A program made the translations under genes and the position numbers. DNA of 64,000 nt from an uncultured Thermoanaerobaculia bacterium (GTDB lineage Bacteria; Acidobacteriota; Thermoanaerobaculia; Multivoradales; Multivoraceae): the NCBI GenBank assembly GCA_951813015.1, contig CATOTG010000002.1:325310-389309 (forward strand), given 5' to 3'. Positions 39,675-48,799 of this stretch are shown piece by piece. The notes below the pieces were generated by a model that was given only the letters and a program-made list of their open reading frames with translations, was not told the origin of the DNA and ran no database searches. Each line of letters starts with the position of its first letter. Position 1 is the stretch's first letter.

Positions 39675-42008
39675 ATGCGCCCGCACCTGCGCCTCAACCG
39701 AGAGCGGCCAACCACAAAGCGCCGCCCGCCTGGCGGATTCCCTCCTTCCCCGCCTCCGCCACAGGATCCGCAGGTCCACGGAGCCTCGCTGCACCAGAAA
39801 CTGCGTTCCGCACGCGAAAAGGCCGCCGCGGCTCTCGGCGGCTACGACCAGCGACGATTGATCAAGCTCAAGCTGGCAACGCAAGTATCGCCGGAGGCTC
39901 TCGCCCGGATTTCGCCCGGGATGGAGGCAGTAAGCCAGGAGGGCGAGAAGCTGATTCTCTACTTTGCGACCGACGATGCGCTGGAGACGTTTGAGGCGAA
40001 ACTCTCAAGTCTCAGCCAAGGCGAGGCGGTAACGCGCAAGGACCTGCTCTACGCTCTCAGCGACATCGATCATTGGAGCGAGGACGACCGCACTGGCCGG
40101 AGCCTCAAGCAGCACGGTCTGCCACCGGGCAAATCGGTAACGCTCGATGTGGAGCTATGGCCGTTGGACAGCCCGCAGGCCCCAACGCTTGCCACTTTCT
40201 CCGAGTGGTTGAAGGAACGTGGCGGCAAGGTCCTGGACAAGGTGAAGAAGGCCTACCTTGTGCTGTGCCGTGTCCGTTGCGACCGCGCTGTTGCCAGCGA
40301 CCTGCTTCGACACCGGGACGTTCGCACAATCGAACTTCCTCCGCGTCTGGCCCTGCCCCGGGAGATTCTCAGCGCCGATGTCCAGAACATTCCCGAGGTT
40401 GAAGCGCCACTGACCGATGCACCCGCTATCGTGGTTCTCGACTCCGGCCTCGCTTCCGGACACCCTCTGCTCGCACCCGCCGTGGGAGATTCCCAGAGCT
40501 TCCTGCCGGGCAGGTCGGCAGCCGACGAACACGGCCACGGTACGCTGGTCTCGGGCATCGCCCTGTACGGCGACGTAGCGAAAGCAATGGGCGCCCAGAG
40601 CCTTGTCCCGGATCTGCGTCTTTTCAGCGGACGGATACTGGACGAAACGAACCAGAGCAACGAGTCCCTCGTCGAGAACCAGATCGAAGACGCGGTCCGC
40701 TACTTCGTGGATCACTACGGCTGCCGCGTGTTCAACCTCTCCTACGGCGATCCCAACAGGTCCTACGAAGGCGGCAGGATCACGGGCCTCGCTGTGACGC
40801 TGGATGCGCTGAGTCGAGAACTGGGTGTGCTGTTCGTTGTACCCACCGGCAACTACGAGGGCGGCCCTGAGGGGCCGGAAGACTGGCGAGAAGACTACCC
40901 TGACTATTTGTCTGAGTCGAGTGCCCGCCTTCTCGACCCGGCCCCCGCCTTGAATGCCCTCACCGTCGGAAGTCTGGCACGTTGGGAGAAAACGATTCAG
41001 GCCGAAAGCTATTCAGACGATCCTGCCTACCAGCCCGTAGCGCGAACCGACGAACCGTCCCCGTTTACCAGAAGCGGCCCTTCGGTGAGAGGCGCGATCA
41101 AACCGGATCTTGTCGACTACGGTGGCAATCGAGCCGTTGATCTGCGGACGGGAAGCGAACTCACCGTCGGCAGGGCCGGCATCGGCGAACGCTCGACATC
41201 TCGCGACTTCGCGGCCGGCTCGCCATTCGCCGAGGGCTGCGGAACAAGCTTCGCCGCTCCGCGAGTCGCGCATGTTGCCGCGCACCTGCTGAGGGAGCTT
41301 CCAGGCGCAAGCGCCAATCTCTGCCGCGCTCTCCTCGTCGCGCACGCGCGGACTTCGCTCGCCTGCGCTGAGCTCTTCTCAGATGACCGCGCCGCCCTCC
41401 GCCGAATCACCGGCTACGGTCTGATCGACCGCTCCGCTCTCTACCGTTCGCCCGACGATTGCGTCTCGCTCTGGGCGACGGAGTCGATGACCAACAATCG
41501 GCACCACTTCTACGAGCTGCCGGTCCCGGATGAGTTCTGGTCTTCAGGTCGCCGCGAGCGGAGGATCACCGTTGCTCTTGCCTACTCTCCCGCTGTGAGG
41601 ACGACGCGCATCGACTACCGCGCGGCGAAAATCAGCTTCAAGTTGGTACAGGCTCAGTCGCTCGACGAAGTCGCCAGCTGGTTCAGCGCGGTGGAAGACA
41701 ATCCGGGAGCAGCACCGGTTGCCGAGCTGCCCACGGGAAGGAACATCACGGAGCAAAACCGCTCAAAGGGAACAGTGCAGGCTTCGAGTTGGACCTTTAC
41801 CGTAGCGAACCAATCCAGAAAGAAAGGATCCTGGTTCGTGGTCGTCACGCGCAACGATTTCCCGTGGGGGCAGAACATCTCCAACGAAAATGAAGAATAC
41901 GCTCTCGTAGCCACGATCGCGGATCGGCAATTTGCCGAGGCGCGACTCTATTCGCAGATCCAGGTCAGACTCCGACAACGCGCTCGAGCTCGAGCGAGCG
42001 ACCGTTGA
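39675..42008 (+). CDS. S8 subtilisin-like serine protease (IetS/Y4bN-like); alternative TTG start at 39645
   Basis: Catalytic triad VLDSG, HGHGT.VSG, GTSFAAP; also FNLS, PTGN, IKPDLVDYGGN; no signal peptide. Confidence 0.9.
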   Translation: MRPHLRLNRERPTTKRRPPGGFPPSPPPPQDPQVHGASLHQKLRSAREKAAAALGGYDQRRLIKLKLATQVSPEALARISPGMEAVSQEGEKLILYFATDDALETFEAKLSSLSQGEAVTRKDLLYALSDIDHWSEDDRTGRSLKQHGLPPGKSVTLDVELWPLDSPQAPTLATFSEWLKERGGKVLDKVKKAYLVLCRVRCDRAVASDLLRHRDVRTIELPPRLALPREILSADVQNIPEVEAPLTDAPAIVVLDSGLASGHPLLAPAVGDSQSFLPGRSAADEHGHGTLVSGIALYGDVAKAMGAQSLVPDLRLFSGRILDETNQSNESLVENQIEDAVRYFVDHYGCRVFNLSYGDPNRSYEGGRITGLAVTLDALSRELGVLFVVPTGNYEGGPEGPEDWREDYPDYLSESSARLLDPAPALNALTVGSLARWEKTIQAESYSDDPAYQPVARTDEPSPFTRSGPSVRGAIKPDLVDYGGNRAVDLRTGSELTVGRAGIGERSTSRDFAAGSPFAEGCGTSFAAPRVAHVAAHLLRELPGASANLCRALLVAHARTSLACAELFSDDRAALRRITGYGLIDRSALYRSPDDCVSLWATESMTNNRHHFYELPVPDEFWSSGRRERRITVALAYSPAVRTTRIDYRAAKISFKLVQAQSLDEVASWFSAVEDNPGAAPVAELPTGRNITEQNRSKGTVQASSWTFTVANQSRKKGSWFVVVTRNDFPWGQNISNENEEYALVATIADRQFAEARLYSQIQVRLRQRARARASDR

Positions 42009-42069
42009 CCAATATGCCGCCCTCAACCTCGCCCTTCCCGTTCAACCGCCACCGTCTCGCCGCCTCTGA

Positions 42070-42297
42070 GCTTCTCGGAGTCCGTTCCGGCACAACATCG
42101 AGGCCCGGGCCGACCGGCGCGGGCAAGTGACGGCGTTCACCTTCGACAGCCTGACCAGCATCCCCCGCCCCGTCCCCTGCAGCGAACTTCAGAGACTGGA
42201 TTGCGTCGGTCCCGCGAACTACGTGGCGGCAGAACCGATTTCACACGATCAACTCCTGAGGATCGTTCAGGCGGGCTTCCGAGAATCGGGCTCATGA
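42070..42297 (+). pseudogene. 3' remnant of a gene formerly coupled to the ASCH gene
   Basis: Open frame ...GQVTAFTFDSLTSIPRPVPCSELQRLDCVGPANYVAAEPISHDQLLRIVQAGF...; its TGA overlaps the ASCH ATG (ATGA). Confidence 0.45.
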
Positions 42298-42782
42298 CCG
42301 ACATCCTCATGTCGATCAAGCCGCCGTACGTCGACATGATCGTCTCCGGCTCCAAGACGGTCGAGATCCGGAAGCGAGCTGTCCGGGTACCAGCGGGAGC
42401 AAGGATCTGGATCTACGCAACCAGTCCGCGGCGGCAGGTAGTCGCATCCGCCCGGCTCGAAGAAGTCGTGCTCGACACGGCGGACGAGATCTGGCGCACC
42501 TTCGGCGACCGGGCCGGCATCGACCGCCTCGACTTCAACGCCTACGTTGGAGACAGCAGACTCGTCGCCGCACTATCCCTGACCGACGTCACCGCACTCG
42601 CCGCGCCACTATGCCCTCGCAGCGAGACGCCGGCATTCCGCCCGCCGCAGTCCTACTCGTTCCTTCGTGATGCCGAACTTCTGGCAGCCTTGGAGGAAAG
42701 GCATAGCACGGAGCGTTCAGCAGACGAGAACCAGATCAGTCCTCCGGCGCAACCAACCGAAACGGCCTTCGCAACCCCGTAG
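42294..42782 (+). CDS. ASCH (PUA-like) domain protein
   Basis: ILMSIKPPYVDMIVSGSKTVEIRK, IYATSP, PPQSYSFL. Confidence 0.88.
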   Translation: MTDILMSIKPPYVDMIVSGSKTVEIRKRAVRVPAGARIWIYATSPRRQVVASARLEEVVLDTADEIWRTFGDRAGIDRLDFNAYVGDSRLVAALSLTDVTALAAPLCPRSETPAFRPPQSYSFLRDAELLAALEERHSTERSADENQISPPAQPTETAFATP

Positions 42783-42799
42783 ATCGGGCCGTGGACTCC

Positions 42800-42960
42800 C
42801 GGTCCACGAGGTCCGGCGCAACTCTCACGCTCCGCCGTCGTGCTACCGTCGCTTTGACAGCCATCGTCCCCCGGTCCGCCTGGGCCACACAGTTGCGGAT
42901 CGACTGCGCTGCCGGCTCGAACTCGCGAGCCAGTTGGTCCGGGGTTGACTGCCGAGCTCT
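42800..42960 (-). mobile_element. Degenerate IS3-family orfA transposase fragment
   Basis: STPDQLAREFEPAAQSIRNCVAQADR, then after a frameshift DGSTTAERE; matches the IS3 OrfA HTH pattern (LAREFEP.AQ.IRNWV.QAD...DGL.T.EREEL). Confidence 0.65.
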
Positions 42961-42998
42961 TTTCGAACAACGAAGCCGCTGGCAATTCCAAGAAAACC

Positions 42999-44093
42999 CT
43001 AATGAAACAAGGCCTCCTGCTTCGGGAGAAGCGACAGTGACCCTCCGCGCCGCCTGAGCCGTTTTTGCTGCTTTAGTTCCGCCTCTACATCTCCAAGGTG
43101 CTTCCACCTCCAGATCTTCGAGCGCAGCTCCTCCTTCAGGACGTCCCTCAAGACCGGCCCCGCCTGGAGCCTGGCCACCAACCACCGACGCAGCGGCGCC
43201 AGATCGGGCTTCTCTTCGATCAAAAGGAACTGGTTCGGGTTCTCGGATCGCCGCACGCTCATGCTGCCGCCGGGGCAAACCGTCCAGACACACTCCTTCA
43301 TCAGGTCCCGTCCGTCATCGTGATTCGTCAGATGGAGCAGAAAGAAGCGCACCGCATCGCCACCCGAGACCATCCGCACATGGGTCCACCACTTCGCGCC
43401 TACTCGATCAGCCAGCAGCTTCGCGGCCTGATCGGCCCTCTCAACCATCGTTTCGCCCCGGATGTTCCGCCACGCATCGCCTCCGAAGAGCCGGTCGAGA
43501 TTCTCGGCCTGACCGTGTCCAGCTTTGAGCTCCTGGTGCATCGCCATGTCGAGTTCGCGCCACATCACGTTGACGAAGAGCTCGACGCGCTCAAACTCCA
43601 TGATCTCCGCGAGCAGGTCGCCCGGCAAACTGAAGCCATACGGATCCACGAAGAGGAAGGCAGGCGCCATCTGCTGACCCGCTGACTTCAGGGCGTCGAC
43701 CTCCCGGCGCAACACCTCGAACGCGTCGCCCGGCTCGACATCGACGACGATCCGGCGGGGCAGATCTTCAATCCGCTCAACCTCTCCCCTCAGCTCGGAC
43801 GCGTTCTGTTCATCCAGCTCCAGAAACACGAACCGGAACTCGGAGTTTTCCAAGAGCCGGTCTCTCGCCGTGTGGTCAAGCAGCGTCCTCAGCGCCACGA
43901 GTGGCGAACCGGGATTCTCGCCTGCATAGCTACCACGCCCGGCGTGAGTGTCAAAGTACACGACTTTGCCGGACCACAAGCCGAGTTTGGGAAACCAGCC
44001 TTTCAGGTAGGCGTCAATCAGCTCGTGCTTGACCCGCTGGAAACGACCGTAGTCCCTCCAATGATCCGGCTGTGGATCGACAGATCTGTTCAC
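42999..44093 (-). CDS. tcmP: Three-Cys-motif partner protein TcmP (SAM-dependent methyltransferase-like fold)
   Basis: KH.LI..YL..W, YFDTHAGRG, GSPL.AL, FLFVDPYGF; downstream of DUF5131. Confidence 0.88.
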   Translation of the reverse strand: MNRSVDPQPDHWRDYGRFQRVKHELIDAYLKGWFPKLGLWSGKVVYFDTHAGRGSYAGENPGSPLVALRTLLDHTARDRLLENSEFRFVFLELDEQNASELRGEVERIEDLPRRIVVDVEPGDAFEVLRREVDALKSAGQQMAPAFLFVDPYGFSLPGDLLAEIMEFERVELFVNVMWRELDMAMHQELKAGHGQAENLDRLFGGDAWRNIRGETMVERADQAAKLLADRVGAKWWTHVRMVSGGDAVRFFLLHLTNHDDGRDLMKECVWTVCPGGSMSVRRSENPNQFLLIEEKPDLAPLRRWLVARLQAGPVLRDVLKEELRSKIWRWKHLGDVEAELKQQKRLRRRGGSLSLLPKQEALFH

Positions 44094-44106
44094 AGTCCCT
44101 TGGTCC

Positions 44107-44832
44107 TCAGTTCGCCGGGAACTCGTCGTAAGTCCTACCCTTGAGCAGGCGCCCATTCACATGCTTCCGCGGCCCTCCCCACTGCTTGAAGAAGAAGGGG
44201 ACGTCATCTCGCCGGCACTGAAGCAGGACATTGATCACCCACGCTTCCAGCATGGGCCGCGCTCCGGGACCGCTCTCGCCGCCGACGATGACCCAGTCGA
44301 TGCCGGTCAGGTCGAACTCCTCCAGATCCTCAAGAAGCGGTTCGATTGAGGCAAAGCGAACCGCTGCCGGCGTCTGCCGTAACGCCTGCAGCCGCGGCAA
44401 GCCCTGCCGTCGGTTCTCGACGCTCACTCCAAACCAGACGTTCGGCAACTCACCCATCCAGGAAAGAGGCCCCACAAGAAGCTCGTGCATTCGCTCGTGT
44501 CTCTTCGTGAGCACCTGGTAGGTGTGTCGCTGGACTTCGCTCATCACCCGGCCCACCTCGGCGATGTAGCTCACGGGAACCTGCGGATGGAAGAGGTCGC
44601 TCATCGAGTTCACGAACACGCGGCGAGGCCGACGCCAGCGACGCGGCTGATCAAGCTTGGCCGGTACCAGGCGAAGGTCGAAACCCTGCTCGAAGGGGTG
44701 CCTCGGGACGCCACGGAAGCGCTCCGAGAAGCGCTCTGCGTAGCAATGTGCGCAGCCTGCACTGACCTTTGTGCAGCCGAGCACCGGGTTCCAGGTCGCG
44801 TCGGTCCATTCGATCGCACTCTTCTCTGACAT
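44107..44832 (-). CDS. Phage Gp37/Gp68-family (DUF5131) three-Cys radical-SAM-like protein
   Basis: IEWTDATWNPV.GC.KVS.GC.HCYA, FVNSMSDLFH, QVLTKR, SIEPLL, WVIVGGESG, PFFFKQWG. Confidence 0.95.
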   Translation of the reverse strand: MSEKSAIEWTDATWNPVLGCTKVSAGCAHCYAERFSERFRGVPRHPFEQGFDLRLVPAKLDQPRRWRRPRRVFVNSMSDLFHPQVPVSYIAEVGRVMSEVQRHTYQVLTKRHERMHELLVGPLSWMGELPNVWFGVSVENRRQGLPRLQALRQTPAAVRFASIEPLLEDLEEFDLTGIDWVIVGGESGPGARPMLEAWVINVLLQCRRDDVPFFFKQWGGPRKHVNGRLLKGRTYDEFPAN

Positions 44833-44937
44833 GCAGGCTCTCCAGGTGCCGGGCCTAACGCATCGCCAAGCCCAGCCCGTTATACAGGATCATGCATGAA
44901 AGCGCAACTAGGGCGTAACCGGAGCCGCACCATCCAA

Positions 44938-46019
44938 GCTCTTTGCGGAACAGGAGCGGGAGGACCGCCCGCCCGCCGGGAAGTTGCGCGCCGACGCACT
45001 GGCTCTGGTGGCGGAGAGCGCGCTTGCGGGAGGTCTCGATCCTGGAACCAGCGGCGACCGATACCAGGTCGTCGTTCACGTCAACGACCGTGAGTTGGAA
45101 GCCCCCGAATCCGCGGCCACGAGGAACCGGCCCGGCGTTTCCGCGGGAACGCCGCGGCAGGCCGAAGTCCAGGCCAACGGCGCGGCGGAAGTGAACGGCC
45201 GCGTTCCCGCGGGAACGTCGGTGCACCCCGAAGTTCAGGCCAACGGAGCGGCAGGAGTAGACGGCCACGTTCCCGCGGGAACGTCGGGGGACCCGGCGCG
45301 ACGCTCTGTCGCAGCCGAATCTGCCAGGACCGAATCTGCCGACTGCGAGCACTCCGCCGGCGCCTGGGTGGGCAGGTCGCATGTCCGCGTTTCCGCTGAA
45401 ACGGCTCAGGCGCATCGCCTGCGACGCCGGGAAGGTCGTCATGCGGCACCGTTCCGGGCAGATCCTGAGCGTGGGCCGCAAGACGCGGACCATCCCGCCG
45501 CCCATCCGCCGCGCCCTGGAGTTCCGCGACCGGGGCTGCCGCTTCCCCGGCTGCACCTCGCAGCACTGCGACGCCCACCACATCGAGCACTGGGCCGACG
45601 GCGGCGAAACGAAGCTCTCGAACCTCGTGCTGCTCTGCCGCCGACACCACCGCCTGCTCCACGAAGGCGGTTTCAGCCTGCGCATGGACGACCAAGGCGC
45701 CGTGGGGTTCTACAACTCGCGCGGGCGACTGCTCGAACGGAGCCCGGCGCCGCCGGTCGTCGGCGACGACGCCGCCCGGGAGTTGATCGAACACCTGGAG
45801 GATGCTGGCATCCTGATCACCGGGGACGAATCGATGCCGGCCTGGAACGGTGAACCGATGGACCTGCACTACGTCATGAAATGCCTGTGGAGACCGCCTC
45901 CGCACCTCGAAGCCATCGTGGCCCGGGAGCGGGGTACCTCCAAACAGCTCGTCGACCCGGCGCAGCCAGAGTCTCCTCACCAGACGAGCAGCTCCTCACT
46001 CTCGCCCTTCGGGCGCTAG
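44938..46019 (+). pseudogene. DUF222/HNH endonuclease (13E12-repeat-like), 5'-truncated and frameshifted near 45405
   Basis: RADAL, YQVVVHV, VSAET, then in a new frame RIACDA, GRKTRT, RDRGCRFPGC, DAHHIEHWADGG.T.LSNLVLLCRRHH. Confidence 0.85.
45136..45283. repeat. 66-bp-period tandem repeat, each unit carrying the 16-bp palindrome CGTTCCCGCGGGAACG
   Basis: Copies at 45136-45151 (1 mismatch), 45202-45217 and 45268-45283; related cgtttccgctgaaacg at 45388-45403. Confidence 0.85.
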
Positions 46020-46430
46020 TACAGCGAAGAGCGCGAGAGGTCGAGCAGACGGCACTGGCGGAAAAGGCTCAACGCCTCTTCGTCCCGCTTCACCATCCGC
46101 CTGCGCTCGGGCCGGCTCAGTGCCCGAGCCTTCTCGACAAGAAGTCCCGCTCGACCGTCAACTCCCCGATCTTCGCCTGCAGGTCCCTGACCTCCTCCTC
46201 CCGGTCACGGCGACGCTCCGGCCCCGCCGAGAAGGTCTCCTGCATCCCCTCGACCGCCTTCCGCTTCCAACTGCCGACCTGGTCCGGGTGAACGCCGTGC
46301 CGCGACGCAATCGCCGAAATCGGTTTCCCCTGGCGCAGCGCCTCGAGCGCCACCTTCGACTTCTCCTGGCTCCTCCTCTCGGTTGAGGAGTACACCTTAG
46401 CCACCTGTCCAGTTCTTCGGGGCCACCTCA
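45978..46430 (-). mobile_element. Truncated IS3-family element: left IR, orfA and start of orfB
   Basis: TG-initiated end TGAGGTGGCCCCGAAGAACTGGACAG; OrfA KVALEAL..I..IASRHGVHP.QV..WK...KIGELTVERDFL; OrfB start RQCRLLDLSRSSLY ending at a premature TAG. Confidence 0.85.
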
Positions 46431-46471
46431 TCGTTCAGGGTTGGACGCGAAGAGTGAGGTGGTGAGCGCGG

Positions 46472-46512
46472 TTGACGCCCGCCGCACCCATGTGTCACAT
46501 TTGTGCACATGG
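46472..46512 (+). promoter_or_regulatory. TA promoter (-35 TTGACG, -10 CACATT) with a palindromic operator overlapping the start codon
   Basis: CCATGTG-t-CACA-tt-TGTG-CACATGG inverted repeat; the -10 box sits 7 nt before the ATG, consistent with a leaderless transcript. Confidence 0.6.
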
Positions 46513-46748
46513 AACAGATCGGCATTCGCGAACTCCATCTGAAGACCGGCGAGTGGGTGCGGCGAGCCGCCAGAGGACGGGGCGTCGTCGTCACGGAGCG
46601 TGGCCGCCCGGTGGCTTCGCTTCTACCGTTCCGCGAAGACGCACTGGGGGTTTCCTTCGCCGACCGTCAACTGCTGCCCGAGTTCGAGGCCCTGCCGGAG
46701 ATCCGCGGCGACTCGGCCGCGGGTATCTCGGAGGACCGGGACCGCTAG
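46509..46748 (+). CDS. vapB: Type II antitoxin, Phd/YefM family
   Basis: IGIREL.......VRRA..G..VVVTERGRPVA.L.P; stop overlaps the toxin start. Confidence 0.88.
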   Translation: MEQIGIRELHLKTGEWVRRAARGRGVVVTERGRPVASLLPFREDALGVSFADRQLLPEFEALPEIRGDSAAGISEDRDR

Positions 46749-47191
46749 TGGCGTACTTCGACACCGCCTATCTGGTCAAGTGCTACGTGAAGGAGGAAGG
46801 GTGGGACAGCGTCCGAGCGTTGGCTGCCGAGCGCGGCTGGGTTGCCTGCTCGGTGTTTGGGCGCCTGGAGCTGCACGCGGCGCTGCACCGGACATTCCGT
46901 GAGGGTCGCCTCACACGAAGGGAGCTTGAGGTCGTCCTCGATCAACTGAGCGCCGACGAGGCGATGAGAATGTGGCACTGGCTGCCGCTCTCCGCGGCGG
47001 TGAGGACGGCGGTAGTTGACCTGTTCGGGCAGCTTGCACCGGGAGTCTTCCTGCGAACCGGGGACGCGGTCCACCTGATGTCGGCCAGGGAGAGCGGCTT
47101 TCGGGAGGTCTTCAGCAATGACCGACGCCTCCTGGCGGCGGCACGGCACGTCGGCATCACCGGCGTGGATGTCATCGGAGGGCGCCAGTGA
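46748..47191 (+). CDS. vapC: Type II toxin, PIN-domain VapC
   Basis: AYFDTAYLVK.Y..E.G, LE...A, LRTGDAVHL, FSNDRRL..AA. Confidence 0.9.
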   Translation: MAYFDTAYLVKCYVKEEGWDSVRALAAERGWVACSVFGRLELHAALHRTFREGRLTRRELEVVLDQLSADEAMRMWHWLPLSAAVRTAVVDLFGQLAPGVFLRTGDAVHLMSARESGFREVFSNDRRLLAAARHVGITGVDVIGGRQ

Positions 47192-47201
47192 GAAAGTCCG
47201 A

Positions 47202-47417
47202 GTGAGCGAATCGAACGACCGGGACGCCACGGCGCAGACGTCCGTCGAGGTCCGCGAGGACATCGTCGACGCCCTCAAGGTCGACCTCGTCGGCCCCGGC
47301 GCCGGCCACGAACTCGCGCGCGAGCGGTTGCCCGCAAACGAAGCGCCCTCGAAGTGGCATCTCGCCGGCTTCCTGATTCCATCCGGCACGCCGCCGGTTA
47401 AGCGGCTCAACTGCTGA
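47202..47417 (+). pseudogene. Orphan, diverged 5' fragment of drmA
   Basis: First 65 codons align without gaps to the DrmA N-terminus at 49396 (about 42/65 identical by eye; GHELARERLP, EAPS, GFLIP.GTPP), then a stop. Confidence 0.9.
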
Positions 47418-47591
47418 CGCCTACCGTCAGACAGCCATCGTTGCGCCCCCCAACGACTAGACTCGCCGCATGAGCGGGCGCGACCTCAGGAGCCCCAAGC
47501 CGACTGCAAGGCGCGTGGTTCACCGCACCGCCTCCAGTCAGTCGGTCGTCAGAGCCCGACGGTCCCGCCAGCGCGGCCCCAGAGATCCAGC

Positions 47592-48797
47592 GTGACCGCC
47601 GACCGCCGCCTGTTGACTCGCGTTGCCCTCCGCAACTACAAGAGCATCGCCGCATGCGACGTGTCGCCAGCGAAGCTGTGCTTCCTCGTAGGTCCGAACG
47701 GCTCCGGCAAGAGCAACTTCCTCGACGCGCTTCGGTTCATCGCCGAGTCTCTTCGGTCTTCGATGGATCAGGCGCTGCTCGCACGCGGAGGCATCAACGA
47801 GGTGCGGCGGCGCTCTGGTGGCCACCCGACGCACTTCACCATCCGTGTCGAGTTCGCCCTCGACGCATCGCGAGGCCACTATGCGTTCACTGTCGGGTCC
47901 AAACGCCAGGCCCGCTACCAGGTCCAGCGCGAAGAGTGTCTCGTCGTACCGACGAACGGGCAGAGCGCTCACTTCTTCAAGGTCGAGAGCGGGCGAGTTA
48001 CCAAGACGACCCTCTCGCCAGCGCCAGCGGCACTGCCCGATCGCCTGTACCTTGTGAATGTCTCCGGTCTCAAGGCGTTTCGGCCCGTCTACGACGCCCT
48101 CTCGAGGACTGGCTTCTACAACCTGAACCCGGCAGCCATACGCGACCTTCAGCCGCCCGACACGGGCGAACTCCTCAAGCGGGACGGGAGCAACATCGCA
48201 AGTGTCCTGGCCAACCTCGCCACGAGTTCGCCTCCGTCAAAACGGAAGATCGAGGAGTACCTCGGGACCGTCGTTCCTGGCATGGCGGGCGTCGGTCGTC
48301 ATCGGCTCGGTCCCAGAGAGACGCTCGAGTTCCGGCAGGAGGTGCGCGGTGCGGAGCATCCCTCGCGCTTCCTCGCCAACAACATGTCCGACGGAACGCT
48401 TCGCGCACTCGGCCTGCTCGTCGCACTCTTTCAGGGCGCGAGCAACGGCGCCGCAGGGCCCGGACTGGTGGGCATCGAAGAGCCGGAAGTCGCGCTTCAC
48501 CCCGCAGCCGTGGAAGTCCTCATCGATGCGCTGCTTGACGCTGCTGAACACGCCCAGATCCTCGTCACGAGCCACAGCACCGAACTGCTCGATCACCCGG
48601 AAATTCGGGACGACTCGATCCTTGCCGTGGTAGCAGAGCACGGCGAGAGCCGCATCGGTCCGCTGGACGAGGTTGGGCGGTCGGCGTTGAAGAAGCACCT
48701 CTTCACCGCCGGCGAACTGCTCAGAATGAACCAACTCGATCCGGATCCAGTGCTCTCGAAACCCGGGCAAATCAGGCTCTTCGGTCCCGAGCCCTAG
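47592..48797 (+). CDS. ABC-type (AAA_21/SMC-like) ATPase
   Basis: L.NYKSI, Walker A GPNGSGKSN, signature MSDGTLR, Walker B IEEPE..LHP, H-loop TSHS. Confidence 0.92.
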   Translation: MTADRRLLTRVALRNYKSIAACDVSPAKLCFLVGPNGSGKSNFLDALRFIAESLRSSMDQALLARGGINEVRRRSGGHPTHFTIRVEFALDASRGHYAFTVGSKRQARYQVQREECLVVPTNGQSAHFFKVESGRVTKTTLSPAPAALPDRLYLVNVSGLKAFRPVYDALSRTGFYNLNPAAIRDLQPPDTGELLKRDGSNIASVLANLATSSPPSKRKIEEYLGTVVPGMAGVGRHRLGPRETLEFRQEVRGAEHPSRFLANNMSDGTLRALGLLVALFQGASNGAAGPGLVGIEEPEVALHPAAVEVLIDALLDAAEHAQILVTSHSTELLDHPEIRDDSILAVVAEHGESRIGPLDEVGRSALKKHLFTAGELLRMNQLDPDPVLSKPGQIRLFGPEP

Positions 48798-48799
48798 CC

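Noticed and set aside
44107..44832. Prophage, suggested by the Gp37/Gp68 family gene
   Set aside because: No structural, terminase, integrase or lysis genes in the window
45136..45283. 66-bp-period palindromic repeats as a CRISPR array
   Set aside because: The intervening sequences resemble each other and the repeats are in frame within a coding region
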